Shown here one piece after another: positions 9,601-19,601 of a DNA stretch of 64,000 bases. Positions within the stretch are counted from its first letter, which is position 1, and each line of letters begins with the position of its first letter. This stretch comes from an uncultured Anaerolineales bacterium (GTDB lineage Bacteria; Chloroflexota; Anaerolineae; B4-G1). The position numbers were made by a program, and so were the translations under genes. The notes beneath the pieces are model-generated. The model worked only from the letters and a program-made list of their open reading frames with translations. It was not told the origin of the DNA and ran no database searches. The DNA is taken from the NCBI GenBank assembly GCA_964421785.1, contig CAYQZG010000001.1, forward strand, positions 73,853 to 137,852, written 5' to 3'.

Positions 9601-11697
9601 TCAGGGAACGGCGGTGTCCATCTCTTCTTGTTCTGAGGCCTCGCGGGCAACGAGTGCCCCTGTTGGGCAGACTTCAACGCACTTGAGGCAACCATCGCAA
9701 ACCGTCTCGCCTAGTGGCAGCCCCAGATAGGGTGTGACACGGGCGTCCAGGCCCCGACCAGAGAAGTTGAAGACGCGAAGCTCCTTCACGTCGCGGCATA
9801 CCTGGACGCATTGTCCACATAGGATGCATTTGCCCGGTTCTCGAGTCAGATCAGCGTGCGAGTCGTCCAGCGAGTAGTCACGCTTCTTGCCGTCGAAGCG
9901 GTCGGGATCGGCTCCGTACGCCATGCCGTATTCGCGAAGCAGGCAATCACCGACTGCTGAACAATCGCATTCCAGGCAGCGTTTGGCCTCTTCCACCGCC
10001 GCCGGCTCTGAGAAGCACAGTTCCACCTCTTTGAAGGTGCACACGCGCTCGTTCATCCCCAATTCAGGTTGTTCGTGGCGCTTGATCTTCTCTTCGCCAG
10101 CGAAGCGGGCCTCTGGTACTTCCTCCAGGGCTCCCATCGAGACGCTCCAAAGCTCTGGTAATCCGACGACATCCTCGCCGTTCAGGTACTGATTGATGCT
10201 GGCGGCTGCCCGGCGTCCGGCTGCCACGGCTTCCACGGCGATGTTGGCGCCGGTAACACTATCACCGCCGGAGAAGAGCCATGGTTCAGAGGTCTGCATT
10301 GTCTGCTCATCGACGGCGATGGTGTCCCAGCGCGTGAGCTCTACACTGCAGTCTCTCACGCAGTTCGGGTTCACTACCTGGCCAATCGCCATGACAGCCG
10401 TGTCGCATTCGAGCGTGAACTCGGATCCCTCGATGGGGATCGGGCGCCGCCGACCGCTCTCGTCGGGTGGGCCCAACTCCATTCGGATGCTGGTTACTCT
10501 GAGCTCTTCATCGGTCTCCTCGAAGCCGACTGGTGAGGCCAGGAAATGAAACTCGACACCTTCCTCTGCGGCGGCCTCGACCTCTACATCCAGTGCCGGC
10601 ATCTCCTCGCGGGAGCGGCGATAGAGGACAGTGACGTGCTCTGCACCCAGGCGGATGGCGGTGCGGGAGACGTCAATCGCTGTGTTGCCCCCACCGACGA
10701 CGATGACCCGATTGCCGATGGTCACCTTATGACCGCGCGTCAGGCTTTCCAGTAGCTCCACGCCGCCCCAGACTCGGGTACTGTCGATGCCGGGGATGTC
10801 TATCATACGCGAGCGCTGGGCGCCGATGGCCAGGAATACGGCGTCGTAGTCGTCTCTGAGATCCTCCAATCTGATATCCTTACCGAGCTTAGTACTGCAT
10901 CGCAACTCGATGTCCAGATCGGTGATGGTCTTGATCTCGGCATCCAGCATCTCGTAGGGCAGACGATAGGCCGGGATGCCGTAGCGGAGCATACCGCCTG
11001 GTTTCTCTTGCGCTTCGTAGATGGTCACGTGATGCCCCATCTGGCGCGCGTAGTAGGCCGCTGTGAGCCCGGCTGGCCCGGCGCCAACGACGGCGACCTT
11101 GTTACCTGTATCGGGCGCGACGTCGGGCAGATAAGGGTTTTCCTTCTCAAGATCTTGTTCCCCGGCAAATCGTTTGAGCACGCATATCGCCGTGGCGTCA
11201 TCGACGCGGTGACGCCGGCAGGCATCTTCGCATGGAGCAGGACAGATCGAGCCCAAGGCTACAGGGAAAGGAATAGTCTCTTTGATGATCCGAATGGCCT
11301 CATCGTAGTCTCTATCTCCAATGGCAGCGATGAAGCCCGGGATGTCGCAGCCGGCCGGGCAATTTAGCTGACAGGGGCCCAGACAATCGCCACAGTGCTC
11401 GGAAAGCAGCAGTTCCAGTGCGAGGCGCCGCGTGTGGCGGATTTGATCGCTGTTTGTGGTGACGACCATGCCATCTCGCACCTGTGTTCCGCACGACAGA
11501 ACCGGTTTGTCTATGCCTTCCACCTCCACCACACAGAGCAGACAGGAGTTGAAGGGCTCTAGGTCGGGATGATTGCACAGTGTCGGGATGTCAATGCCCG
11601 CCTGTCGTGCCGCTTCAAGAATCGTCCAATCCTTCGCAACGGACATGACCTGTCCGTCGATTGTTATTCGCGCTCTTTCGTTATCGTTCATCGTCAT
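9601..11697 (-). CDS. 2Fe-2S ferredoxin + GltD-like (NADPH-dependent glutamate synthase beta / pyridine-nucleotide-disulfide oxidoreductase) + C-terminal 4Fe-4S domains fusion protein; catalytic subunit of NuoEF-associated complex
   Basis: N-terminal NuoG-like 2Fe-2S cysteine pattern; GltD Fe-S region (CGDCLGPCQLNCPAGC); FAD/NAD(P) Rossmann motifs (VAVVGAGPAGL, VIVVGGGNTAID); C-terminal CxxCxxC ferredoxin motifs. Start trimmed to internal Met to remove overlap with upstream gene. Confidence 0.7.
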   Translation of the reverse strand: MTMNDNERARITIDGQVMSVAKDWTILEAARQAGIDIPTLCNHPDLEPFNSCLLCVVEVEGIDKPVLSCGTQVRDGMVVTTNSDQIRHTRRLALELLLSEHCGDCLGPCQLNCPAGCDIPGFIAAIGDRDYDEAIRIIKETIPFPVALGSICPAPCEDACRRHRVDDATAICVLKRFAGEQDLEKENPYLPDVAPDTGNKVAVVGAGPAGLTAAYYARQMGHHVTIYEAQEKPGGMLRYGIPAYRLPYEMLDAEIKTITDLDIELRCSTKLGKDIRLEDLRDDYDAVFLAIGAQRSRMIDIPGIDSTRVWGGVELLESLTRGHKVTIGNRVIVVGGGNTAIDVSRTAIRLGAEHVTVLYRRSREEMPALDVEVEAAAEEGVEFHFLASPVGFEETDEELRVTSIRMELGPPDESGRRRPIPIEGSEFTLECDTAVMAIGQVVNPNCVRDCSVELTRWDTIAVDEQTMQTSEPWLFSGGDSVTGANIAVEAVAAGRRAAASINQYLNGEDVVGLPELWSVSMGALEEVPEARFAGEEKIKRHEQPELGMNERVCTFKEVELCFSEPAAVEEAKRCLECDCSAVGDCLLREYGMAYGADPDRFDGKKRDYSLDDSHADLTREPGKCILCGQCVQVCRDVKELRVFNFSGRGLDARVTPYLGLPLGETVCDGCLKCVEVCPTGALVAREASEQEEMDTAVP

Positions 11698-11702
11698 ACC
11701 TC

Positions 11703-13478
11703 TTACTCTACGCAGATCGCATCGAAGGCGCAAACCTCATCGCACGAGCCGCACCTGGTGCACAGATCCGGGTCGATTTTATGGGGTTCTTTTCGCTCGC
11801 CCGTAATTGCGTTGACTGGGCAGGCACGCACGCAAGCGCCGCAGCCGGTACATGCCTCGGCATCGATGAAGTAGGTGATAAGGCTCCTACAGACTTTGGC
11901 CGGGCAGGTCTTGTCCTTCACGTGAGCCACGTACTCATCGCGGAAATACTGCAGCGTCGTCAGGACCGGGTTAGGGGCTGTGTTGCCCAACCCACATAGT
12001 GCGGTGTTCTTGACTCTCTCGGCCAGCTCTTCTAGCGTGTCGAGATCCTCCATAGTGCCTTTGCCGTCACAGATGCGGGTGAGGATCTCCAGCATCCGGC
12101 GAGTGCCGACACGACAGTACGTGCATTTGCCACAGGACTCTGTTTGGGTGAAGTTGAGGAAGAAGCGGGCGATGTCGACCATACAGGTCTCTTCGTCCAT
12201 CACGACTGCGCCCCCGGAGCCCATAATAGCCCCGGTGCTGGTCAGTTCCTCATAGTCCACTCGCGTGTCGAAGAGAGACGCCGGCACACACCCACCGGAG
12301 GGGCCTCCCATCTGCACCGCTTTGACCGGCTTCCCGGTATTGGACCCACCACCGATGTCCTGGATCATCTCCTCGAGGGTGATGCCCATCGGCACCTCCA
12401 CCGAGCCGCCGCGTGCGACCTTGCCGGCCAGGGAGAAGACCTTGGTGCCCTTGCTGGTCTCCGTGCCATACTTGTTCAGTGCTTCGGCCCCGTTGACGAT
12501 GATCCAGGGCACATTGGTGAGCGTATTGACATTGTTGATGATGGTGGGCTTACCGAAGAGACCGGACGTGGCGGGGTATGGGGGGCGCAGCTTAGGCATC
12601 CCCCGCTTACCTTCGATGGATGCAATAAGCGCTGTCTCCTCACCGCAGACGAAGGCCCCTGCGCCCTGGCGAATCTCGATGTCAAACGAGAAGTCGCTGC
12701 CAAGGAGGTTATTGCCGAGGTAACCGTGTTCATGGGCCTGGGCGATGGCGATTCGCAATCGTTTGAGCGCCAGCGGATACTCAGCGCGGCAGTATATGAA
12801 GCCTTGTTGGGCGCCGATGGCGTATCCTCCGATCATCAGGCCCTCGAGCATACTGTGAGGATCGCTCTCCAACACCGTGCGGTTCATGAAGGCACCGGGG
12901 TCACCCTCGTCGGCATTGCAGATGATGTACTTGGTATCGTTGGAGGCGTCATAGGCGAACTGCCACTTACGACCGGTTGGAAAGCCCGCGCCTCCACGGC
13001 CGCGCAATCCCGATTTCGTTATCTCATCGATCACCTCTTGGCGCGTCATCGATGTTACGGCCTTCTCGATAGCCTCATAGCCACCGCGGGCCAGATATTC
13101 ATCGATGTGCTCCGGGTTGATCTCGCCACAATTCCGCATCACGATGCGCACTTGCTTATCGGTGAAGGATTTGAAGGCTTCGGCGTAGTCACCTTCTTCG
13201 AAGGTCCACTCGGTGAGGGGTATTCCTCTGACAACGTGCTGATCGACAATAGCCTCGGCACGTTTTGGTGTCACCTCTCCGTAGGTCCACTCGGTGCCGT
13301 CTTGTCCGATAACCTTGACGATAGGCTCGAGAAAGCAGACGCCGAGACATCCAGAGATGCCGAGTTGAGCTTCAGCGTCTGCCCTGCTGAGGGCCTCACT
13401 CAGTGCGTCATACGTCTCTTGTGCTCCTGCTGCCAGGCCGCACGAGGCCATTCCCACAATAACTTCTGCTTGGTTCAT
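11703..13478 (-). CDS. NuoF-like NADH-binding flavoprotein subunit (51-kDa family, HoxF/HndC/BfuB-like) with extra ferredoxin domains
   Basis: 591 aa; Complex-I 51 kDa signature regions (GRGGAGFPTG, SLAGKV, ESCGKCTYCR) and C-terminal 2x[4Fe-4S] Cys motifs; 4-nt overlap (ATGA) with upstream NuoE-like gene. Confidence 0.85.
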   Translation of the reverse strand: MNQAEVIVGMASCGLAAGAQETYDALSEALSRADAEAQLGISGCLGVCFLEPIVKVIGQDGTEWTYGEVTPKRAEAIVDQHVVRGIPLTEWTFEEGDYAEAFKSFTDKQVRIVMRNCGEINPEHIDEYLARGGYEAIEKAVTSMTRQEVIDEITKSGLRGRGGAGFPTGRKWQFAYDASNDTKYIICNADEGDPGAFMNRTVLESDPHSMLEGLMIGGYAIGAQQGFIYCRAEYPLALKRLRIAIAQAHEHGYLGNNLLGSDFSFDIEIRQGAGAFVCGEETALIASIEGKRGMPKLRPPYPATSGLFGKPTIINNVNTLTNVPWIIVNGAEALNKYGTETSKGTKVFSLAGKVARGGSVEVPMGITLEEMIQDIGGGSNTGKPVKAVQMGGPSGGCVPASLFDTRVDYEELTSTGAIMGSGGAVVMDEETCMVDIARFFLNFTQTESCGKCTYCRVGTRRMLEILTRICDGKGTMEDLDTLEELAERVKNTALCGLGNTAPNPVLTTLQYFRDEYVAHVKDKTCPAKVCRSLITYFIDAEACTGCGACVRACPVNAITGERKEPHKIDPDLCTRCGSCDEVCAFDAICVE

Positions 13479-13972
13479 CGCTCCGTTCCCTCTCGCTTAA
13501 ACTTCTTGAGGATCCTCTTCGCCTTCTTGCGGGTTAGGCTGCCAAATACTTTGTCATCTATCATCATGACAGGTGACAAACTGCAGCATCCCAGACAGGC
13601 TACCTTCTCCAAGGTGAACTCTCGATCATCCGTTGTTCCTTCACCGTCGAGGTCGAGAAGATCACAGATTGTGTCGGTGATGCCGACAATGCCTCGCACG
13701 TGGCACGATGTGCCGTGACAGACCCGGATGATGTGTTTCCCGAGGGGCTCAAGCCGGAACTGAGCGTAGAAGGTTGCAACCCCATAGATCTGATCCGGGG
13801 TGATGTCTGTTTTCTCTGTGACCTGTCTCATAACTTCAACGGGCAAGTATCCGAAAGCATCCTGCAATTCCAACAGGATGGGGATGACGGCATCTTTGCC
13901 CGTGCCGTAGTGCTCGATCGTGTCATTGACGACGGATGGATCCAGGTCGCTAACCGCCGCTCGTTGATTCAT
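13475..13972 (-). CDS. NuoE-like 24-kDa 2Fe-2S thioredoxin-like subunit (HoxE/HndA/BfuC-like)
   Basis: 165 aa; conserved CHGTSC ... CLGCC 2Fe-2S motif. Confidence 0.85.
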   Translation of the reverse strand: MNQRAAVSDLDPSVVNDTIEHYGTGKDAVIPILLELQDAFGYLPVEVMRQVTEKTDITPDQIYGVATFYAQFRLEPLGKHIIRVCHGTSCHVRGIVGITDTICDLLDLDGEGTTDDREFTLEKVACLGCCSLSPVMMIDDKVFGSLTRKKAKRILKKFKREGTER

Positions 13973-14939
13973 GGTTTACACTCTCCTCATATAAGCTTAA
14001 CTTGGCCTGTCGAACCATGGCCGAAGAGAAAGCAAATACCCGGCCTGTCTGGGATGAGGCAGTCTCTTGCACTTGCTCCCAAAGCCGGGTATTGAGTCAT
14101 AGCAATGACGGGCGCCTTGACTTCTGAGGTTGTTTCACGGATGCGTATGATACTCCCACCTGATTTATAACTCGTTTTGCTGATTCGGTCAAGTTACATT
14201 CATCATATCTTGACAATGGCATCGTTCCCACTTGGCCTTGATCATTCTGTACGTGGTTCTATCCAGTCGCAGCTCCCCCCTCGTCGACTTGATCGTTTCA
14301 ATGTCCGTGGGTATTTGCACCTTCCTTCATCTGGTGCTAGAATTGGATTGAGGCTGAGCATGTACCCAAGTGTCAGGCATCTTTACGGTGGAAAGCCTAG
14401 TACACGATGGCGGAAGTCCTTTACCATTGCACGCTCGCCATAGGTCAGTTGACCCGATTTGCAGATCTGGGGTCTTCAGCGGCGAAGGTGACTGCGTCGA
14501 CCAAGGATCCTTTCGGCACCGCGGACGGGTATGCCGCTGCGCTTAGAGCGATCCCCTTTGAGCGGGCAAACTGCATAGCAGCAGCCGGGATTTCCACCGG
14601 AATGTACTAGTCGCCTTTGTTATGGCCGGCAGTCAGGTTGTAGGTGTGGTTCTTGAACTTCAACTGTTCAGCGCATGGATTTCTTCGAGCTTGGGCGTTG
14701 GTCCTATGATTGGCGTGGCGCTCATAGGCAGCGTCGCAATGGAATTGGCCCATATCGAGCATCATACCTCGAATGGGTCTTTTTTTGTTGGTCATACCGC
14801 ATAGAGGTCTTTAGAGGCTGTTCCTGTGGTGGAGGCACAGAATAGACTCCCTGAAGTGCGGAACACCTCTTGTGAGTTGTCTTTGGTGTTTTCTAAGACG
14901 ATCGGGCAATGCCCGACCACTAGTCTATGGAGGTAAACG

Positions 14940-16187
14940 ATGGATCTGAATGTTGACTTGGACCGCGATATACCGGTGTTGGACTGGGAACCTTATCTTG
15001 CCTCGCGCACGGAGCGCATGAAGAGCTCTGCTATCCGTGAACTTCTCAAATTGACGCAGAAACCGGATATTATCTCCTTCGCTGGGGGACTGCCTGCTCC
15101 GGATTTCTTTCCTCTTCGTGAAGTTGAGGAGGCTTGTCGGTACATCGTCCAGCAGGATGGTGCAGAGGCCTTGCAGTACAGTGCGACGGAAGGCTATCCT
15201 CCTCTCAAGGAGTATCTATCCAACTCAATGCACAGGTATGGCGTTCCCGCCAAGCGGGACAATGTTCTGCTGACGAATGGATCCCAACAGGCACTGGATT
15301 TGATCGGCAAGATATTCATCGATCCGGGCGATTACGTGCTCACCGGTCGCCCCACGTACTTGGGTGCTATTCAGGCGTGGAATGCGTATCAGGCGCGGTA
15401 CCACACAGTGAGCCTCGATGGAGGTGGCATGATTGTGGATGAGGTTGAGCACGCCTATGAGAAGGCCGTAGCTGATTCTGGAAGACCGCCAAGGTTCATC
15501 TACGTGCTTCCCAATTTCCACAATCCGGCCGGAACGACGCTCTCCCGGGAGCGTCGAGAACAGCTAGCTGAGGTCGCTACGCGACTGTGTCTTCCGGTGG
15601 TCGAGGATGATCCCTATGGTCAGTTGCGATACGAAGGTGAGGACCTCCCTCCTATCTGCACATATATTCCTGAGCGTACGATATACCTAGGAACATTCTC
15701 CAAGACGTTGGCTCCAGGTCTTCGGCTTGGCTGGATCGTCTGTCCGGAAGCGTTGATGAATCGCTTCGTGCAGGCGAAGCAGGGCGCTGATCTGCACACC
15801 GGGACGTTCACCCAGCACGTCGCCAACGACATCTGCCAGCGCGGCTTTCTCAGACAACATGTTAAGAGATTGTGCGGAGTTTACAGAGAACGTCGCGATA
15901 CAATGCTTGATACGATGATTGAGTTCTGGCCCGATACGTGCAGTTGGACGCATCCCGAAGGTGGGCTTTTCCTTTGGGCTCAGGTGCCAGAGAGGATCAA
16001 CACCACGGATTTCCTGAAGCAGGCCTTGGAGGAGAAGGTGGCGTACGTTCCCGGTGTGAACTTCTATCCGAATGAGGATGGCGGATTCCACGCGATGCGG
16101 CTCAACTTCTCTTACTCCTCACCGGAGAACATTGTTGAGGGCATTCACCGGCTGGGGGTGGCGCTGAAGAAGACTCTGGACAACTGA
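14940..16187 (+). CDS. PLP-dependent aminotransferase, class I/II fold (2-aminoadipate/aromatic aminotransferase-like)
   Basis: 415 aa; GGGLPAPDFFP, typical fold-type I layout with SKT lysine region (TFSKTLAPGLRLGW); GGAGG RBS upstream. Confidence 0.8.
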   Translation: MDLNVDLDRDIPVLDWEPYLASRTERMKSSAIRELLKLTQKPDIISFAGGLPAPDFFPLREVEEACRYIVQQDGAEALQYSATEGYPPLKEYLSNSMHRYGVPAKRDNVLLTNGSQQALDLIGKIFIDPGDYVLTGRPTYLGAIQAWNAYQARYHTVSLDGGGMIVDEVEHAYEKAVADSGRPPRFIYVLPNFHNPAGTTLSRERREQLAEVATRLCLPVVEDDPYGQLRYEGEDLPPICTYIPERTIYLGTFSKTLAPGLRLGWIVCPEALMNRFVQAKQGADLHTGTFTQHVANDICQRGFLRQHVKRLCGVYRERRDTMLDTMIEFWPDTCSWTHPEGGLFLWAQVPERINTTDFLKQALEEKVAYVPGVNFYPNEDGGFHAMRLNFSYSSPENIVEGIHRLGVALKKTLDN

Positions 16188-16221
16188 AAGAAGCGAGACG
16201 GTCAAAGGCGATTCTAGAGCA

Positions 16222-19200
16222 TTGAGCGATTTGGGTCCTACTCTCATCCGATCCAAGCTGCAGGTGCCAGTTCCTTCCGGCCTTCTTCACCGGTCGCGGC
16301 TCTGTGATGCCATCGAACAAGGCCTTGAGCGCAAGTTGACGCTTATCTCTGCCCCAGCGGGTTACGGCAAGACGTCCGCCTTAGTTGATTTTGCTTGGCA
16401 CACCTCTGTCCCTGTCTGCTGGTACACGATTGATGAGCGAAATCGAGACCTGATTTCGTTCATCAGATATATCGTCGGTGCCATCCGCGAGCAGTTCCCA
16501 GGGTTTGGTGAACGGGTACATGAGGCCTTGGCCTCTCGAGGCAGCGAGCTCTTCCGTGATCCAACCATCGCCGTCGGCGATTTGGTCAACGAGATACTCG
16601 ATCTGGGTACAGAGTTCGTCTTGGTGCTGGACAACTTCGAGTCAGTGGAGGGAGCCTTTGGCATCCGTGAGTTTGTTCACCGATTGCTCGAAGTTCTTCC
16701 CTCCGCTTGTCACTTGATGATGGGCAGTCGTGTGCTGCCCGATGTGCCGATTACACAGCTTGTCGCCAAGCGTCAGCTTGTTGGTCTCACGGAGCAGGAT
16801 CTACGCTTCAAGCCAGAAGAGGTCGTTGAACTACTTCGAGACTCAAAGATTAGGATCTCCGAGAGACAGGCAGAGGCCGTTGCCAGGAATGCAGAGGGCT
16901 GGATCACCGGCATTCTGCTTATATCAGACTTGCTGCGCGAGGATATGGGAGCCATTATCAGTGACACTCGCAAAGCCACGTCTCAGACGTACAGATATCT
17001 GGCATCAGAAGTACTGAGTCGACAGCCTTGGGATCTCAGGCGCTTCTTGCACGCCTCTTCTATCCTGCGCGAGATGTCGGCACGGCTGTGTCGAGAGGTT
17101 CTTGGTATAGAAGGGGCCCACTTCCTTCTAGCCGAAGTCGAAAGGCGCAATCTCTTTGTGACTCGATTTGGCGATGACCGCAGGGCGGCCTATCGTTACC
17201 ATAATCTCTTCAGAGGTTTTCTGCAGGAACGGATGCGGCAGCGAGAACCGACTCGCTACGCCGAGCTTCATCAGCGGGCAGCTGCCTGGTTCGAACAGGA
17301 ACACCAAGTGGAAGAGGCGGTGCATCATTACCTTGCCGCTGAGGCCTACCCTCAGGCGACAACGCTGATGGAACGAGTGGCGTTGGAGTGGTTCACCCGA
17401 GGACGCGTTGAGACGTTGCTCCGCTGGGCAGAAGCGCTACCGGAGAAGATCAGAAGTCAGGCACCACGGCTCTTTCTCTATCATAGCAAAGTACTTACCG
17501 ATCGTTACGAGCATGAGCCGGCAAAGCAGGCCCTGGCCTACGCTGAGGCCGGCTTTGCTGATGAGGGGCTGTTGGCCTGTCTGGCGAGAGTGCACCTTCA
17601 GCATGCAACGTTGGACTTGTTTGGGGGTCGATACGAGGAGGTCATTGCGGAGGCAGAGAAAGCGCTTGAGATGCTGGGTCAGCAGGAGGTCGCGGAAAGA
17701 GCTCAAGCACAACGGCTGATCGGGAGGGCGCATCTCGGGCGCGGATGCTTCGATGCAGGGATCAGTGAACTGGAGGAAGCCCTCGGATCGTATCGGGAGA
17801 TTGGTGGTCTCTACAACGTGGTCAACTTGCTGCAGGACTTGGCCTTCGCTTTTGCCTCCCAGGGACGCTTTGAGAGGGCAGCCCGGTGCTTGAACGAGGC
17901 CTTGCCGATCGCCCGTCGGCTAGAATCGCCGGCCTTGCTGGCCGGAGTGTTGAATAGCTTGGGTTGGATCGACTATGCCTGCGGAAGGTATCGAGAAGCA
18001 CTTTCTCTGTATGAGGAGGGCCTTGCGGAGGCGCGCCGGGGGGGGGATCTCCGTGGACGGGCCAACATTCTGGACGGAATGGCAAGTATCTATCGAGATG
18101 TCGGCGCCTATCGAAGGGCGGAGTCTCTCTACAGCGCCGCTTGGCGGATCTCGCGTGAAAGCAGGCCCCGCCAAGCTGTTCTGATTCTGGTGGCGCGTGC
18201 CGATATGCATCGCTGGCAGGGACAGCATAGCCGAGCTCTTACCTTGCTGGAGGAGGCTAGGCGATTGGCTGAGGAGAAGGAGCTAGTGGTTGAACGCTGT
18301 GGACCATTGGCTATGGCGGAAGGCATAGCCCTGTCTGAAAGCGGCGAACTCGATGCAGGCCTTCGAAGGCTGTCTGAGGCCGTTAGCTTTCTGGAGCAGC
18401 AGAAAGCGAAGCGCAATCTGGCTCGAGGCTGCTTCTTGCTTGCCAAGGCGCGTCTGATGGCCGAAGAGAAGCGGCAAGCTGTCGCAGAGCTCCGCCGGGC
18501 AGTGGAGCTGGCCAGAGAGATTGGCACGGATCAATTCGCTGTCGTGGAGGCGCAGCATGCGGAGGGCCTGGTCGAGGTGGGCATTAGGGAAGGGGTGGAG
18601 GGCTGTAAGACCATCCTCGATGGCGTGCAGAAACTGGAAGCATTTAGAAAAGAGTTGATGTACGATATCGTGGGGCCGGATCGGGTGTCGGAAAGGCGAC
18701 TCAAGATCTACGCTCTTGGGCAATCTCGCGTCGTGGCTCATGGAGAGCCGATCCCTGATTCCGCCTGGCAGGCAGCGATGGCAAGAGAGCTATTCTTCTA
18801 CATTCTACTGCACGGCCCCGTAGAACGGGATACTGTTGGTCTTGTCTTCTGGCCCGATCTACCATCTGACAAGATGATAAACAACTTCCACAGCACGCTC
18901 TATCGTGCGCGTCATGCTGTTGGGAGTGATGGCATAGTGCTGGAGAATGACAAGTACAGCCTGGGCGTGGACTACTGGTTCGACGTCGAGGCATTCGAAT
19001 CCCTGGTTGAGCGCGCACGTCTCTTGCCGCCTCATGATTGGCAGGTTGAGGATCTGTGGCGGCAAGTGGTAGAGCTGTACCAGGGCGATCTGCTCCCCAA
19101 TGTGGACCGGCCGTGGTGTATATCGAGGCGCGAAGCGTTGCGGGCTGGGTATGTCGAGGCGCTGAGAGAGCTGGGGCGATGTCACGAGAGTCGAGGTGCG

Positions 19201-19425
19201 TTCCAGGGCGCCATTACCTGGTACCGCCAGGCACTGAAGGTGGACGAATTGCGTGAGGATCTCCATCGATCCGTGATGCGCGCGTATGCTCAGATCGGTC
19301 GTCGCTCCGACGCAGTAGCTCACTACCGTCAATGCCAGGAGACCTTGCGTCAAGAGTTGGGCGTCGAACCTTCTTGGGAGACGAGAAACCTATACGAAAA
19401 GCTCAGTGGCGGAGTAGCTGACTGA
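16222..19425 (+). CDS. STAND-type NTPase/TPR transcriptional regulator with C-terminal SARP-like winged-helix + BTAD domain
   Basis: Walker A (SAPAGYGKTS) at N-terminus, long helical/TPR middle, C-terminal OmpR-type wHTH (LKIYALGQSRV...LFFYILLHG...LVFWPD) followed by BTAD-like region (VDYWFDVEAFESLV..., ...GVEPSWETRNLYEKL). Confidence 0.7.
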   Translation: MSDLGPTLIRSKLQVPVPSGLLHRSRLCDAIEQGLERKLTLISAPAGYGKTSALVDFAWHTSVPVCWYTIDERNRDLISFIRYIVGAIREQFPGFGERVHEALASRGSELFRDPTIAVGDLVNEILDLGTEFVLVLDNFESVEGAFGIREFVHRLLEVLPSACHLMMGSRVLPDVPITQLVAKRQLVGLTEQDLRFKPEEVVELLRDSKIRISERQAEAVARNAEGWITGILLISDLLREDMGAIISDTRKATSQTYRYLASEVLSRQPWDLRRFLHASSILREMSARLCREVLGIEGAHFLLAEVERRNLFVTRFGDDRRAAYRYHNLFRGFLQERMRQREPTRYAELHQRAAAWFEQEHQVEEAVHHYLAAEAYPQATTLMERVALEWFTRGRVETLLRWAEALPEKIRSQAPRLFLYHSKVLTDRYEHEPAKQALAYAEAGFADEGLLACLARVHLQHATLDLFGGRYEEVIAEAEKALEMLGQQEVAERAQAQRLIGRAHLGRGCFDAGISELEEALGSYREIGGLYNVVNLLQDLAFAFASQGRFERAARCLNEALPIARRLESPALLAGVLNSLGWIDYACGRYREALSLYEEGLAEARRGGDLRGRANILDGMASIYRDVGAYRRAESLYSAAWRISRESRPRQAVLILVARADMHRWQGQHSRALTLLEEARRLAEEKELVVERCGPLAMAEGIALSESGELDAGLRRLSEAVSFLEQQKAKRNLARGCFLLAKARLMAEEKRQAVAELRRAVELAREIGTDQFAVVEAQHAEGLVEVGIREGVEGCKTILDGVQKLEAFRKELMYDIVGPDRVSERRLKIYALGQSRVVAHGEPIPDSAWQAAMARELFFYILLHGPVERDTVGLVFWPDLPSDKMINNFHSTLYRARHAVGSDGIVLENDKYSLGVDYWFDVEAFESLVERARLLPPHDWQVEDLWRQVVELYQGDLLPNVDRPWCISRREALRAGYVEALRELGRCHESRGAFQGAITWYRQALKVDELREDLHRSVMRAYAQIGRRSDAVAHYRQCQETLRQELGVEPSWETRNLYEKLSGGVAD

Positions 19426-19461
19426 GCCTTTGAGCTGCTCGTTCTCCAATCTCGAAACTCG

Positions 19462-19500
19462 ATAAGAGACTGCCTCCGCGGCAGTCTCTTATTCTTTTTT
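19462..19500 (+). terminator. strong rho-independent terminator after the STAND-SARP regulator gene
   Basis: 13-bp perfect stem ATAAGAGACTGCC/GGCAGTCTCTTAT with 5-nt loop followed by TTCTTTTTT. Confidence 0.7.
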
Positions 19501-19601
19501 GAGCTTCCTCCTGTTGCCACTTCGCTGTTTGTCACCTAGCTTCTCTCCGGAAAGAAGCATCCCACTGACGGATCCTTTCGCCATCTCCTTTATTCAACTC
19601 A

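Noticed and set aside
12144-13718. 524-aa ORF antisense to the NuoF-like gene
   Set aside because: Antisense shadow ORF of a high-GC gene; no domain features; the opposite strand encodes a clearly conserved flavoprotein
14607-14804. 60-67 aa ORFs in the 13973-14939 gap as candidate small proteins
   Set aside because: No RBS, non-genomic codon bias, overlapping each other on both strands; more likely non-coding
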